A stretch of 64,000 nucleotides of DNA, taken from a virus. Shown piece by piece: positions 52,144-62,284 of this stretch. The stretch lies in the IMG/VR virus record IMGVR_UViG_3300050122_000027; one strand, written 5' to 3'. The position numbers and the translations under genes are program-made. A model generated the notes under the pieces. It searched no databases and was not told the origin of the DNA. It saw only the letters and a list, made by a program, of their open reading frames with translations. Numbering within the stretch: position 1 is the stretch's first letter; every line of letters begins with the position of its first letter.

Positions 52144-54435
52144 TCATTTTTCACTCCAATTCTTCATAAACGGATTCCATTCCATTTTAATAAGTGGGAC
52201 TTTGGGCCGGAATGTTTCCACCGCGTCATAAACAATCTTCTCAACTTGATTGACATAATCAGGGTCGGTAGGACACATGATTTCGTCATGGATATTCATC
52301 GGAATAACACGCCAAGGATGAATACCCGACGGCTGAAGTTCCCAGATTTGTCGTTGAACTGCTTTGGTAATCTGGGCTCCTGAACTCTGAATAACATGAT
52401 TAGCCGCTGCACGCATATTGTTGCCTTGCAAGCCGAATGCGGCTCCGAACAAAGCAGTTTGCGTTGCACCGCCGACAAGCTGTTCTCGATCTCGACGAAC
52501 CACCTTAGTATTGATCTCTTTCCAATGCTTCGGTGGATGCTCTCCAAGATCAAAGAGTGCTTTGCAAATCATATTCTCAACAGTAAAGTAACGACGGAAA
52601 CCCATCAACGACTCAATGTACTCGGCTGGATCGGCCCAAATAACTCGGCTACCGATTCCATTGGGTTGAGTCATTGAACAGAAAGCTGTGAAAATCTTCT
52701 GTCGAGCCAAACCGACGCCATGATAACGACCAACAAAACGTTGGTATGCTGCTTCTGCAATCTCAACCGGAATACCGATTCGAGAATGTAGTGTGTTATG
52801 GTCGCCACCATAGATCAAAGCGAATACACCCCGCTTCGACATATCGTACATATCGAGTTCGCGGTCGCCGGCCGATGCTACAATATCTTCGTAAGTTTTT
52901 CCGGGAAACAAATATTGACCAAACAAAGCATGAATCTTCTTGCCCGATAGAAGATCATTTCGCAAATCAATATCATTGTACGCAGCATCTGCAAGCACTA
53001 CTTCAAATCCCGCAAAATCTCCTCCAGAGAGTTGCATGCCCGAGAAAGCAAGCGGAAAGCATCTTCGCACTTCTTTAGTTCGTTTGATACCTTGTGCATT
53101 GAGTTGGTCAGTGCCAGACATGCGAGACGATTTCGTTCCAATGATGACGAAACTCGCATGAAATCTTCCGGCTTGTAAAAGCTTGTCATAAAGTTCAAGT
53201 TCTTTGCCCGCACCGCGAGCATCGAGAACATTACGAGCACGTTCGGCGGCTGGATGTGGAACACGACCTGTTCCCTTGCAAATTGCACAGGGGTAGCCAA
53301 CTGGCATATCAATGCAGTCTTCGCAATCTTGTTCAGTGAGTGAAGCCACTTCTTCAAGAACAACCTTCTTGGTTGATCCCTTCATCGCAAGAATCTCTGT
53401 CGGATGCATCTTCTCTGTTACGTATCGCATTGCTGGGCCGGGTGCTGTTGGATAAGCTTTCTTCTTATCCAAAGCTGATTGACGCAATCGTTTGATGCCT
53501 TCAACATCGATTGCGAAACCCTTCCAACGAACTGCACCAACCATGCAAGCAAGTTCGGAATCATCGTCTCCCAATTCAGGTGAGCCGAAATACCGATACA
53601 ATTTACGAGTAATGTCAACATCATTAGCCGCATACTTTCGAGCATACGTATTGAATCCCCAATGATCAATGTGATGCTCGATAACGTCCGGCCAGGCTCC
53701 CTTCCAATTGTGACGAGAACCGATTGCACGAGCAAATGGTGCGTATCCGAGTTCAACCGGATGGAACTTGGAATCAATATCAATATCCTGAAAGAACGTA
53801 ACAAGATCCGGTTGAAGGCCCAAAGCGTCGGCCGCAAGTGTCTTCAACGCTGAAGACGGAGCGAATGTTAATACAACATCTTTGAAATCAGGAACGATGT
53901 CACCTTCGGCATCTTCGATATCAAAGACATTCCAACGGGGAGCCCACTTGTTTTTCTTCTTGGCGAAATAAATATCCTTCAGTTGTACACGTCGCTCAAG
54001 TTCTTGTGCAAGATGCCATGCAAGAGCGGTTGGCACGCGACGGATTCGTACCTCATCCCTCCGCATCATTGATTGATACGGGCCTTTGCGAGCATGGAGC
54101 ATCAGATCCATCGCTCGAACTGGCTTGAGGCAATCACCATCGCGTGCCAACGGTTCATACTCAGCAAGCTCTTCGATCTGCTCGTCCGGATAAGAATCCT
54201 TATCTGGGAGCATGCTGAGCATAGAATAGATTTTGCAAATCTGGAACCAGTCGAACGTCAGGTTGAATCCGACGATTCCGCCCGGATGATTGACGATCTC
54301 CTCGATTACCGAAAGTGTAGACGCGACGGTTTCCCGCCAGATTTCGTGAAGAATGATCTCCTCATCATCCTTCGCGTACTGTAGGAGTACAGCGGGACCG
54401 ACGAATCCACACGTTTCAGTATCAAGAAATATCAT
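52144..54435 (-). CDS. polA: family A DNA polymerase with 3'-5' exonuclease
   Basis: FLDTET, GFNLTFD, SRMSG, DFAGFEV (motif A), SKRGVFALIYGG (motif B), NIHDEI (motif C). Confidence 0.92.
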   Translation of the reverse strand: MIFLDTETCGFVGPAVLLQYAKDDEEIILHEIWRETVASTLSVIEEIVNHPGGIVGFNLTFDWFQICKIYSMLSMLPDKDSYPDEQIEELAEYEPLARDGDCLKPVRAMDLMLHARKGPYQSMMRRDEVRIRRVPTALAWHLAQELERRVQLKDIYFAKKKNKWAPRWNVFDIEDAEGDIVPDFKDVVLTFAPSSALKTLAADALGLQPDLVTFFQDIDIDSKFHPVELGYAPFARAIGSRHNWKGAWPDVIEHHIDHWGFNTYARKYAANDVDITRKLYRYFGSPELGDDDSELACMVGAVRWKGFAIDVEGIKRLRQSALDKKKAYPTAPGPAMRYVTEKMHPTEILAMKGSTKKVVLEEVASLTEQDCEDCIDMPVGYPCAICKGTGRVPHPAAERARNVLDARGAGKELELYDKLLQAGRFHASFVIIGTKSSRMSGTDQLNAQGIKRTKEVRRCFPLAFSGMQLSGGDFAGFEVVLADAAYNDIDLRNDLLSGKKIHALFGQYLFPGKTYEDIVASAGDRELDMYDMSKRGVFALIYGGDHNTLHSRIGIPVEIAEAAYQRFVGRYHGVGLARQKIFTAFCSMTQPNGIGSRVIWADPAEYIESLMGFRRYFTVENMICKALFDLGEHPPKHWKEINTKVVRRDREQLVGGATQTALFGAAFGLQGNNMRAAANHVIQSSGAQITKAVQRQIWELQPSGIHPWRVIPMNIHDEIMCPTDPDYVNQVEKIVYDAVETFRPKVPLIKMEWNPFMKNWSEK

Positions 54436-54588
54436 CCGGTAATCCGAGCCTGTAACGGAATAATAATCGTATCCTGAGATTCCTCGTTAGAAACCTCAAC
54501 ATACGTCGGAGGAAGATTACAGGTGTGATTGCAAGAATCACAACGGTAATAGAAACCCCGACGGGCCGATTGAACACACATCATCCCG

Positions 54589-55419
54589 TCAGGACAGCGG
54601 GGACAAAGCTTCTTTTGGAACTTCATAGGGGACGCTCTTCTCCTGGGCGAGTGTCTTGATATCACCGAAAAGATCCGAATCGGCGATCTCTCCGGCTGCC
54701 CACGCAAGACATCGTGTTCCCATGTTGTTGCCGACACTTTCCCGAATGTGATCCATCATGAGAAAAATCTCCTGACGATCACGAAGCTTCCGGGTCGAGG
54801 CTGGCCGCTTGATCGGTTCCTTGATCTTGATCTTCTCTCCCCGTTCTTTTCCTTCTTTGATCTTGCGAACAGCCTCGAACTGCTTCTCCTTGTTCCCGAG
54901 GGTGTAGAGATCCCGGATCTGCTGTTGAGAAAGCAAACCCCCGGCCGCTTCAACCTGGATCTCGGTGGGCAGTGTCAGCACGTAATAACGAATCTGAACC
55001 CAGCCACGCGACTGGTGCAAATCCGCCGCGACCTGCTCCTGTGTCATACCCGCTATATACAGCTTCTCAAGAGCCTTGGCCTCTTGAACGATGTTGAGAT
55101 CCTTGCGAGCAAGATTCTCGTCCAAGTTCATCAACCGAGCCTGGATATCCGTAAGGCCCACAACAATGTTACAAGGTGCAACTGGCTTCTCCAAAAGCTG
55201 GAGCGCCTTGAACCTTCTGTATCCACTGATGAGTCGGTACTTGAACCCCGTTTTGGCTTGGGCTGCTTCGTCGTAGGGCTGAATAACGAGAGCGTTCTGC
55301 AACTGATTCGCATCAATACTTCGGGCGAGGTCAACGACATCGATTGGAGCGATCACTCCGCGACAGTTGAAGTCACTGTCAGCGTGGATCTCACCAAGCG
55401 GAATATCCTTCACATCCAT
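54589..55419 (-). CDS. ParB/Spo0J-like protein
   Basis: LARSI...LQNALVI...YRLISGYRRF.A...NLDENLARKDL...HTH. Confidence 0.8.
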   Translation of the reverse strand: MDVKDIPLGEIHADSDFNCRGVIAPIDVVDLARSIDANQLQNALVIQPYDEAAQAKTGFKYRLISGYRRFKALQLLEKPVAPCNIVVGLTDIQARLMNLDENLARKDLNIVQEAKALEKLYIAGMTQEQVAADLHQSRGWVQIRYYVLTLPTEIQVEAAGGLLSQQQIRDLYTLGNKEKQFEAVRKIKEGKERGEKIKIKEPIKRPASTRKLRDRQEIFLMMDHIRESVGNNMGTRCLAWAAGEIADSDLFGDIKTLAQEKSVPYEVPKEALSPLS

Positions 55420-55476
55420 AGCATACTCCCAAGCCAATCAATAGGTGAGGTAAATTCGCATTTCACCTCATACCTT

Positions 55477-55506
55477 ATACTACGGCAAAAGGTGAAAATT
55501 TTGAAG
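55477..55506 (-). promoter_or_regulatory. phage promoter, class CTTCAAA-N-TTTGCCG-TARKAT
   Basis: TTCAAA-N17-TAGTAT; same design at 63351 and 63713. Confidence 0.75.
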
Positions 55507-56367
55507 CCGACTCTGTTTGTTGATTGGATTGCGGCAATCAGAGCGAGTCTCGCTCAGATTGTGCAATCGGTTCCAGCATACGGTCAATAGCTGGGCCGAG
55601 AACGATCATAATACGGTCGGTGATTGATCTTGCAATCGACGACCGGACCTCGGCAGCAATCTTTACAACGAGTAACTCGTCCCTAAGTTCTAGTTCCGAC
55701 GTTGTGATTGTGGTCACAATCGTCCTATCCATAGGTCGATGAAACGATGAAACATCCATTTAGTTTCTCGATGGTTCTAATTTAATCATAAGATCCGGTC
55801 GTTGTGCTTCAAGACACCGTATCGTATGATAAGCTAATTCCAACTGTCGTTTCTGTAACTCCACTAATTCTTCAAGTTCTACCTCGCGAGACTTTGTATC
55901 GAACAACCAGGCCAACATTATTTTAGTCCGGCAAGTTTGCCCCTTATATCAGCGGCAAGTTCGGGATAATCAACTTCACATGATTTTGCATATTCCTCAA
56001 GTGCATGTCGAGCATGAACATCATGTGTTCCGTCCAAAACAAATAAAAAGCAATTGCAATGCTTCTTACCTGCAAGGTCCGCACCATCATTCCGAATCAC
56101 TGTGTACTTTGCGTACAGACCTTTCGGGGTATCCATTGCGACGCTCTTGTCTTAGAATTGTAATTGCATTACGCACAGCGGCACGATTAGTCTTGTCATA
56201 ACCTAAATCGAAACATTTTGTTCCGACATAGATTCGATAAGCACCAAATGAGTATTCCTCACTGTAGCAATCTTGTGGACAATCAGAATTCGATCCCACC
56301 AATCCGATATTCGGATCAATGGTTGTTTCAATTGTCAACAAAGATCCACAGATCGGACAGAACATAT

Positions 56368-56814
56368 TTACTTCCCTTGTCTATTCAATTCAGCCATCTC
56401 TAAGCAAATAATTCTTCTGAGTTGTTTTGCACTTTCTGTCAAAGGCATGTTAGATGTACTTGTACATTTAGTAAGAAATTCAAGCATCAATTCTGCTTGG
56501 GCGTGTTTTATAATAAGATAAGGCAACAGTGCTTCAAGAAACGGTTGTATTTGATTAACTTGTAATACCCAAGTATACGCTGTTTTATAATTTTCCTTGT
56601 CTCTTAGCTTAGAGCCAATGCTACCTAATCCTGTTTTCTTTTGTAACCAATCTACTACCGGCTTATATGTATTCGTTACAGATACATGAAGCCCATAAGT
56701 ATAGTCGAGGTACTCTTTACCTCGACGCTTCTTATGTTGGTAAACGGAAATTGAGCCTTCACCGTCAACAATACCAGCGATATATGAAAGCTGGATTGGT
56801 GTAAGCAATTTCAA
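56368..56814 (-). CDS. single-motif LAGLIDADG endonuclease
   Basis: SYIAGIVDGEGSI...SVTNT...LIIKHAQ. Confidence 0.85.
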   Translation of the reverse strand: MKLLTPIQLSYIAGIVDGEGSISVYQHKKRRGKEYLDYTYGLHVSVTNTYKPVVDWLQKKTGLGSIGSKLRDKENYKTAYTWVLQVNQIQPFLEALLPYLIIKHAQAELMLEFLTKCTSTSNMPLTESAKQLRRIICLEMAELNRQGK

Positions 56815-58784
56815 TATTGTCGCTCCGCATGGGCATTAATAATAGACTCTCTGAACAAACCGAGACTCATATCTTGCAACTTTCTCTTCTTCTTCAGATT
56901 CTCGATAATGAGTGCATCGGACGGAAGATGGACTGCATCGATGATTGTGAGACCTTTATTAATATCCATGCCAATGCGGTGAGCGCGGTCTTCTGACTGC
57001 ACACGAGACTCAGCGTTGAAGTCGTTGGAGTAATAATATTCTGTTGGTGATTCTGTGAGTGTAAGCCCAAGACCCCCTGATGCAGGGTGTGCAACGAAAT
57101 TGATCTTGGCAATCTGTCGCGTCTTGTCCTGGAAAAGTTCAAGCATCTCCGATCCGCGTCGTCCATCAAGAATACCTGATCCCTTCCAACCGCGACCATC
57201 TACTCGAATGGTTTCCCATCCAAGCTTCTTGGAAGCCGCCACAATACGATCAATAGAACCTTTGAATCCAGCGAAAGTCACGAACCGACCAACATCTTCA
57301 TGTTGGTCGAGAAGTTCGAGGAGGAAATCCTCTTTTGGACAAGGAACCTGAATGGCTTCTCGTTTGTATGCGGTGACAAAGCCATCTCCACCACAATTCG
57401 GACAAGTGATCTCCGCATCGGTGAAAACGTCTTCAGTGAGAACATCGGCTTTTGGCAATCGGAACAGATCACCAATCTCGACGCCGTAGCCTGAATATTG
57501 GTCGATATTCTCTGACGTGATCTCAATCTCATCTTCGACAAGCATCTTGTGCGTGATGGTCTTGTTGCCATCACAAAGCGGGCATGGCTTGTCACCGACT
57601 TCTTCATCAACATATTGAAAACCATCACTCAGCTCCCGCAGGAGTGTCATTGCCGAGATCGTATTCTTGGCCGATGCCACAATGATCTTGGCAGCGTTCA
57701 GTGTGGCTCTGCTTGGTGCAAGCTCAATCTGTTTGTAAATCTTGTCTGGCAGATCAAGACAATCCTTTTTGAACTTGACTGTGACCAATCCCTTCATACG
57801 CTCATACAGATAGGACACTTCATTGATTGAGGGAATCCAACTATGAGCATCTGCATGAGTAGAGAGAACTTTTGCCATTGGCCCATGAACATCATCAGAC
57901 TTGAGCTTACCACAGATACCACACTTCTCGGTATTGTCAAGCCAAGTGACAAGTTGAGGATACTTGCCACCGGAAACTGCGTCCTTCATAACAATCAGTG
58001 CAAGTCGCTTCTTGAACTTCTGAGGAGTGCCCTCTTTGAGAAAGCCAGGCTGTGCAACCTCACACTGATGCCACCAATCTCCAGGATCTTTCGGTGCTGG
58101 CGATCCGCTCATTTCGATTACATAGCCATTGTAACCGTACTCAGCTCGAACGGAATCAGCAAGATGCCTTGCAGCAACGGATCTCTGAGCCATTGGATTC
58201 TTGATCCGGCTTGATTCGTCGAAGATAACACCTTGTGGTGCCGGTTTCCCAACAGGCCAGTTCTCGACAATCTTCTTCAAGCCCTCGTAAGTGCAGAATG
58301 TCGGCTTGATCCGACAGCCCCACTTCTTCATCTCCAATTGAGCCGCGAAAAGAGCGCTCTTGGGAGCCACCCAGAACCAATCCGTGATGCCTGAATGCTC
58401 CATCACTTCGATTGCGGCAAGCGTCTTTCCGACGCCCATCTCTGCCGCCATGATATTGTAGTGATAGGTCAAAGCATCAACAACCAGATCGATCTGGTGC
58501 TTGTAAAGCGACCGGGTCGGCTGGTAGTCGGCGATCTTCGGTCTATCGAACCAAGCGTAAGGGTTCTGTCCGCCCAAGAATGAGAGTTGAAATCGATTCC
58601 TATAAGTATCCTTAATCGTCCAAGATTTGTCGTCTGGATTCCAGCGAGCACCTTCGAAGGATTTGACTTCCTCAATCAGCTTCTTGTTGAAGCCGAATTT
58701 GAGTGTGATATTCTTTGTGTCCGAAGTGATTGTGGCGGGATAAAGAAGTGAATTGGCCATCAATTTGGTTGGGAGCATGAACAT
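56811..58784 (-). CDS. SNF2-family helicase
   Basis: EMGVGKT, IFDES, MSGSP, GLGLTLT, QSEDRAHRIG. Confidence 0.9.
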   Translation of the reverse strand: MFMLPTKLMANSLLYPATITSDTKNITLKFGFNKKLIEEVKSFEGARWNPDDKSWTIKDTYRNRFQLSFLGGQNPYAWFDRPKIADYQPTRSLYKHQIDLVVDALTYHYNIMAAEMGVGKTLAAIEVMEHSGITDWFWVAPKSALFAAQLEMKKWGCRIKPTFCTYEGLKKIVENWPVGKPAPQGVIFDESSRIKNPMAQRSVAARHLADSVRAEYGYNGYVIEMSGSPAPKDPGDWWHQCEVAQPGFLKEGTPQKFKKRLALIVMKDAVSGGKYPQLVTWLDNTEKCGICGKLKSDDVHGPMAKVLSTHADAHSWIPSINEVSYLYERMKGLVTVKFKKDCLDLPDKIYKQIELAPSRATLNAAKIIVASAKNTISAMTLLRELSDGFQYVDEEVGDKPCPLCDGNKTITHKMLVEDEIEITSENIDQYSGYGVEIGDLFRLPKADVLTEDVFTDAEITCPNCGGDGFVTAYKREAIQVPCPKEDFLLELLDQHEDVGRFVTFAGFKGSIDRIVAASKKLGWETIRVDGRGWKGSGILDGRRGSEMLELFQDKTRQIAKINFVAHPASGGLGLTLTESPTEYYYSNDFNAESRVQSEDRAHRIGMDINKGLTIIDAVHLPSDALIIENLKKKRKLQDMSLGLFRESIINAHAERQY

Positions 58785-58833
58785 GATCAATCCTCGAAAG
58801 CTGCAAGCAGCTTGGGTGACTTGCTTTCGCAAG

Positions 58834-59370
58834 TTATATGAATACGAGAGTTCCGTCTGCTAAGCCTTGCTTCGACCACTTGCTCCAGACATCTTTCAAA
58901 TGCTGTTCGGTAGCAAGTCTAAAATAAATGAGATTGAAGAAAATTCGTAACTCATAAGATGTATGTTCTTGACAAATCTCCACAATAATATTCTTCCACA
59001 CTCTCAGATTGGCCGTTGCAATAAATACGGTGTCACTGTTGCAATCGATCAATAAGTCCGTTCCAAGTTTCAAGATTTCAATAAGCAAGGCTGGTTTGAC
59101 TTCACAAAGAAACGTAAGTGTAATATGCTGTAGGATGTGTTCCGCATGTTGAATCGCAACGTGTGCATCGCTACCAGGATGTCGAAATGCCGCCAAGGTT
59201 GGAATGAGTGATAGTAATGATCCCGCCTTGATTCCTGCATTGTCGCAACCGCGTGTCGGAGATACACCAGTAATAATGTGTGTATCATTGACGAAATTGT
59301 GCCAATCAAACTGCGGCACGCTAATTAATCTAACGTGCATTCCTTTTACGTACTTTTGTATTTGGCTCAT
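58834..59370 (-). CDS. possible degenerate ThyX-like protein
   Basis: V.LIS N-terminus and H..HILQHITLTF resemble the ThyX H.S..EH...TF region; lacks RHR. Confidence 0.3.
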   Translation of the reverse strand: MSQIQKYVKGMHVRLISVPQFDWHNFVNDTHIITGVSPTRGCDNAGIKAGSLLSLIPTLAAFRHPGSDAHVAIQHAEHILQHITLTFLCEVKPALLIEILKLGTDLLIDCNSDTVFIATANLRVWKNIIVEICQEHTSYELRIFFNLIYFRLATEQHLKDVWSKWSKQGLADGTLVFI

Positions 59371-59898
59371 CTAACGTTGATCCTACAGGATACTCACCGA
59401 GCAATATGAGACTATTGAGTCTCGCTTGAGCATCCACATGCTTGAAGCAACTCATTTGATTTGGAAAAGCTTTACCTTTGTAATAGACGTAATGCTTTTT
59501 GTTTTCAAACCCAAAAAATGCAACGACCGCATCTCGTTCTGGAGATGGAGCCATTGCATCAATTGATTCATTGAGTGTAACCATATAATACTTGAGTTTC
59601 AGTTCCCCGAACCCAAGTTGCCTTGCTTTTGAGAGGTTGATTGGAATAAGACTTTTGGCTTTGGTTTTAACCTTGGTTTCCTCGGGGCTTCTGTTACCGG
59701 AGGATAAGATCCTGGTTGCGACAATCGATAAAGATCAGCTTTGACTTTTGGTTTGTTCATCTTTGCTCTGGTAGATAAATGATAACCCCGAGCTGGGATA
59801 AATCCCCATGTATTGCTTTGTACAAGCAATATCACTGCTCCACTCGGGGGTAACTTTCCAACGTATACGATTGAAAATTACGCCAGGACAATGGCGTC

Positions 59899-60095
59899 TT
59901 GTTATGAATCGCGGAGACCCAACGTCCGCGTCCATTTCTCAATGTGGATTACTGGCTTCTGGTTCCAAGCATCCACAATCGAGAGAACAATAGTTGCTCT
60001 TGCGAATCAACTATCTTGTATGTGTGTTACTTCGATTACTCGAAGCGCTACACAAAACAACTTCCGAGTAGCCAGACACTACTCATCCATAACAA
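59899..60095 (-). ncRNA. multi-branch RNA domain
   Basis: 11 bp closing stem TTGTTATGGAT/ATTCATAACAA; GTAA and GCAA tetraloop hairpins inside. Confidence 0.6.
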
Positions 60096-60098
60096 GAG

Positions 60099-60166
60099 CC
60101 CTACACCTAGGATTCGAACCTAGCCGATTAACGTCGCGAAACATTAATCGTTTCCTGAAGAGTAGG
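60099..60166 (-). ncRNA. tRNA-like RNA with no D-arm and a long hairpin in place of the anticodon arm
   Basis: CCTACTC/GTGTAGG; CTAGG-TTCGAAT-CCTAG; CGATTAA...TTAATCG. Confidence 0.55.
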
Positions 60167-60170
60167 TAAA

Positions 60171-60241
60171 TCCTGATTGAGTATTTGCTTCTAAGAAGCA
60201 AATAACGAACCATCTTACAAGGACGACTCTCCCAACCAGGA
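60171..60241 (-). ncRNA. three-way-junction RNA domain
   Basis: TCCTGGTTGGG/CTCAATCAGGA; TATTTGCTTC-TTA-GAAGCAAATA. Confidence 0.5.
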
Positions 60242-60242
60242 G

Positions 60243-60444
60243 CGGGCAGAGATGGAATCGAACCACCGACCACAGAAACATTGATTGGTAGAATGAAGCG
60301 GTGGGATTTGAACCCACGATCAGCGTGAGTTTTGCCAACCAGACTGGCACTCACGAGCTTTTGTCATGGTTCACCGTTGAGCCGCTACGGCACGCTAATT
60401 CTTACAATGATGTTTCTGTTGCTCTACCATTGAGCTATCCACCC
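60243..60444 (-). ncRNA. tRNA scaffold with a 128 nt insert containing a second tRNA-like fold
   Basis: GGGTGGA/TCTGCCC; TAGCTCAATGGTAGAGC; GGTGG-TTCGATT-CCATC; anticodon stem extended to ACAGAAACAT/ATGTTTCTGT; inner GTGGG-TTCAAAT-CCCAC. Confidence 0.75.
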
Positions 60445-60450
60445 AAATAT

Positions 60451-60830
60451 GCCGATTGAGCAAGCCGAAGCTTCTTGAAATTTGTACAAGGTGTTCTGCC
60501 GAAGCAGTTCAGCAATGTTCAAGATTCCAAGTAATCTCTCAATCAGCCGTTTGACCTTGCGACCAAACGTCGCTACCGTCGATTCAACGATAACGATAAT
60601 CAATTGGCATCCCGCACACCACAATCGGGATTAGTCTTGCACCGGCTTTACATGGTAACATATATGAGTTACCTCATATACGCTTAGCCGATTCAGATTT
60701 CAGTGATCCGATCGTAAGATCGAATACTGGAATCCTATGCCTTCCCAACTGATATCAAGTGGTAAGAAGCAACAGCTCATTTATTGAGCCAATCCTCCGA
60801 AGAGGGTTCGCCAAAACTACTTCCCACCAT
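60451..60830 (-). ncRNA. structured RNA domains with UUCG/GNRA tetraloops
   Basis: GCTGATTGAG/CTCAATCGGC; CTGC-TTCG-GCAG; AAGC-TTCG-GCTT; CCTC-TTCG-GAGG; TATATGAG-GTAA-CTCATATA; 13 bp TGGTGGGAAGTAG/TTGCTTCTTACCA. Confidence 0.6.
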
Positions 60831-60831
60831 C

Positions 60832-60929
60832 AGGGATCGCTGGAATTGAACCAGTCTTTCGTCCTTGGAAAATAGATCCTCAGAGAGGCTAATTCCAAGT
60901 TCGACGTGCAGCCGTTACACCGCAATCCC
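60832..60929 (-). ncRNA. tRNA scaffold with extended anticodon arm
   Basis: GGGATTG/CGATCCC; CTGG-TTCAATT-CCAG; CTTGGAA/TTCCAAG capped by CCTC-TCT-GAGG. Confidence 0.6.
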
Positions 60930-60932
60930 AAA

Positions 60933-61045
60933 GGCCCAGCCAGGTTACGAGCCTGATGTGTCACTAATGATTGTATTGAGTCTACGTCTCGTAAACACAG
61001 ACTGTGCAATCATTCCGACACCGCTAGGCCATGTAAGGGCCGGGC
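60933..61045 (-). ncRNA. divergent tRNA-like scaffold with extended anticodon arm
   Basis: GCCCGGC/GCTGGGC; CAGG-CTCGTAA-CCTG; AATGATTG/CAATCATT; AGTCTG/TAGACT. Confidence 0.45.
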
Positions 61046-61286
61046 ATAATAAGATTTACCGAATATTCTCGCATCGTAAGATGGGAGACATCCGACAGTG
61101 ATCTACAAAGTGTTCCGGCCCCGCACACCGTTGAACGTTTCCGTAACGGGTACTAGTGATTACCGAAGGCCGATTTGGCAATCACCTTCCGACTTCACAA
61201 CGACTTGGCCCGTTGCTGTCATCGGAATCCACACGCCACCGATCAAGATGACGTGCAGCCGGTTCGGTCACTAAGACCGTTCCAAA

Positions 61287-61553
61287 TTACGAAGGTGGAA
61301 CCTGCTTGGACGGTTGAGCCGGATAGCCCATCGGCATTTGCTGGCCGGATGGCATCGGAGCTTGTCCGACCGGGCCGGTGTACGAGTACGTCAACGTCTC
61401 ATACCCACTGCAAGGAGCCATTTGCATCTGACCCTTGCAAGCCTGCTTGGCTGCTCTCTTGGCGGCTTTCGCAGCCTTGTGGCACTTGCCAGCCTCAGCC
61501 GGAAGTGACATCGCAATCAAGGCCACGAAAGCAAGTAGCATCCGAATCATCAG
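61287..61553 (-). CDS. small exported protein
   Basis: MIRMLLAFVALIAMSLPAEA signal peptide; ATGA overlap with the upstream gene. Confidence 0.6.
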   Translation of the reverse strand: MMIRMLLAFVALIAMSLPAEAGKCHKAAKAAKRAAKQACKGQMQMAPCSGYETLTYSYTGPVGQAPMPSGQQMPMGYPAQPSKQVPPS

Positions 61554-62218
61554 CGAGCCCTCGTACTCCCGGCCGCTTCCGGTGCCTGCTCGACCACCGT
61601 CTCGGGCGGAGAGAGAAACGTCTTGGTGACATCTGCAATCTCTCCGAGATCCGGGATCTCGAAGGGTGTCGAGCAGTCCTTGCAGACGGGTCCGTGCCAC
61701 GAGTAGGAGGTGTTCTTGATGAGCTTGACGCTCAGCGAGGCCGCTTTGCCAAGCAGTGCCTTGACGTTCGGGGCTTCTCGCCGGGCTGTCTTCGAGCCCA
61801 TCAGGAAGGTCGCGAACTTCTGGACCTTGGGAAGGTAGACGAGGTACTCTGGTCCGTACATGCACCCCGAATTCGGCTGGTCAGCTCGCTCTTGAAGCTT
61901 CTGAAAAGCGGGCGAGTCGGGATTGTGATAAGCGACGACCGGATCGGAGCCCGTATCGATCGCCTTCGGACGCCACTGAATCACCAACACGTCCACTTCC
62001 GCTCCGAGATCGATCACGTCCTTGTCCTTGACAAGTCCGTAGTGACCCATTGGGAAGGTTCCCTCCTTCACCGCATCGGAATTGCTTCCGAAAAGCTGAA
62101 GTCGAGGAAGGTAGTTGGCAGCGGCGGCAATCTTGGCGAACGCCTTCTCGTCATACGGATTCGCCGCGACGGGAATCAGTGCTCCAGGAGCAGCAACCGG
62201 CTCGATGTCAGACATCAT
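61550..62218 (-). CDS. conserved phage protein, possible ssDNA-binding protein
   Basis: YLPRLQL...WRPKAI...GPEYLV..P; position in the replication module; function inferred. Confidence 0.4.
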   Translation of the reverse strand: MMSDIEPVAAPGALIPVAANPYDEKAFAKIAAAANYLPRLQLFGSNSDAVKEGTFPMGHYGLVKDKDVIDLGAEVDVLVIQWRPKAIDTGSDPVVAYHNPDSPAFQKLQERADQPNSGCMYGPEYLVYLPKVQKFATFLMGSKTARREAPNVKALLGKAASLSVKLIKNTSYSWHGPVCKDCSTPFEIPDLGEIADVTKTFLSPPETVVEQAPEAAGSTRAR

Positions 62219-62284
62219 GTTCCTCAATGAAAATGATCATGAAAAGCGGCTGGCCCACCATTGAACCAGCCTTCCCCTGTTGGA

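Noticed and set aside
30409-58784. Group I introns or inteins carrying the endonucleases
   Set aside because: Ligase, UvrD, RNR, polymerase and SNF2 are full-length uninterrupted ORFs; the endonucleases sit between genes.
61050-61125. tmRNA 5' end (GGGGCCGG on the minus strand)
   Set aside because: No matching 3' acceptor strand with T-arm and CCA, and no tag ORF was found.
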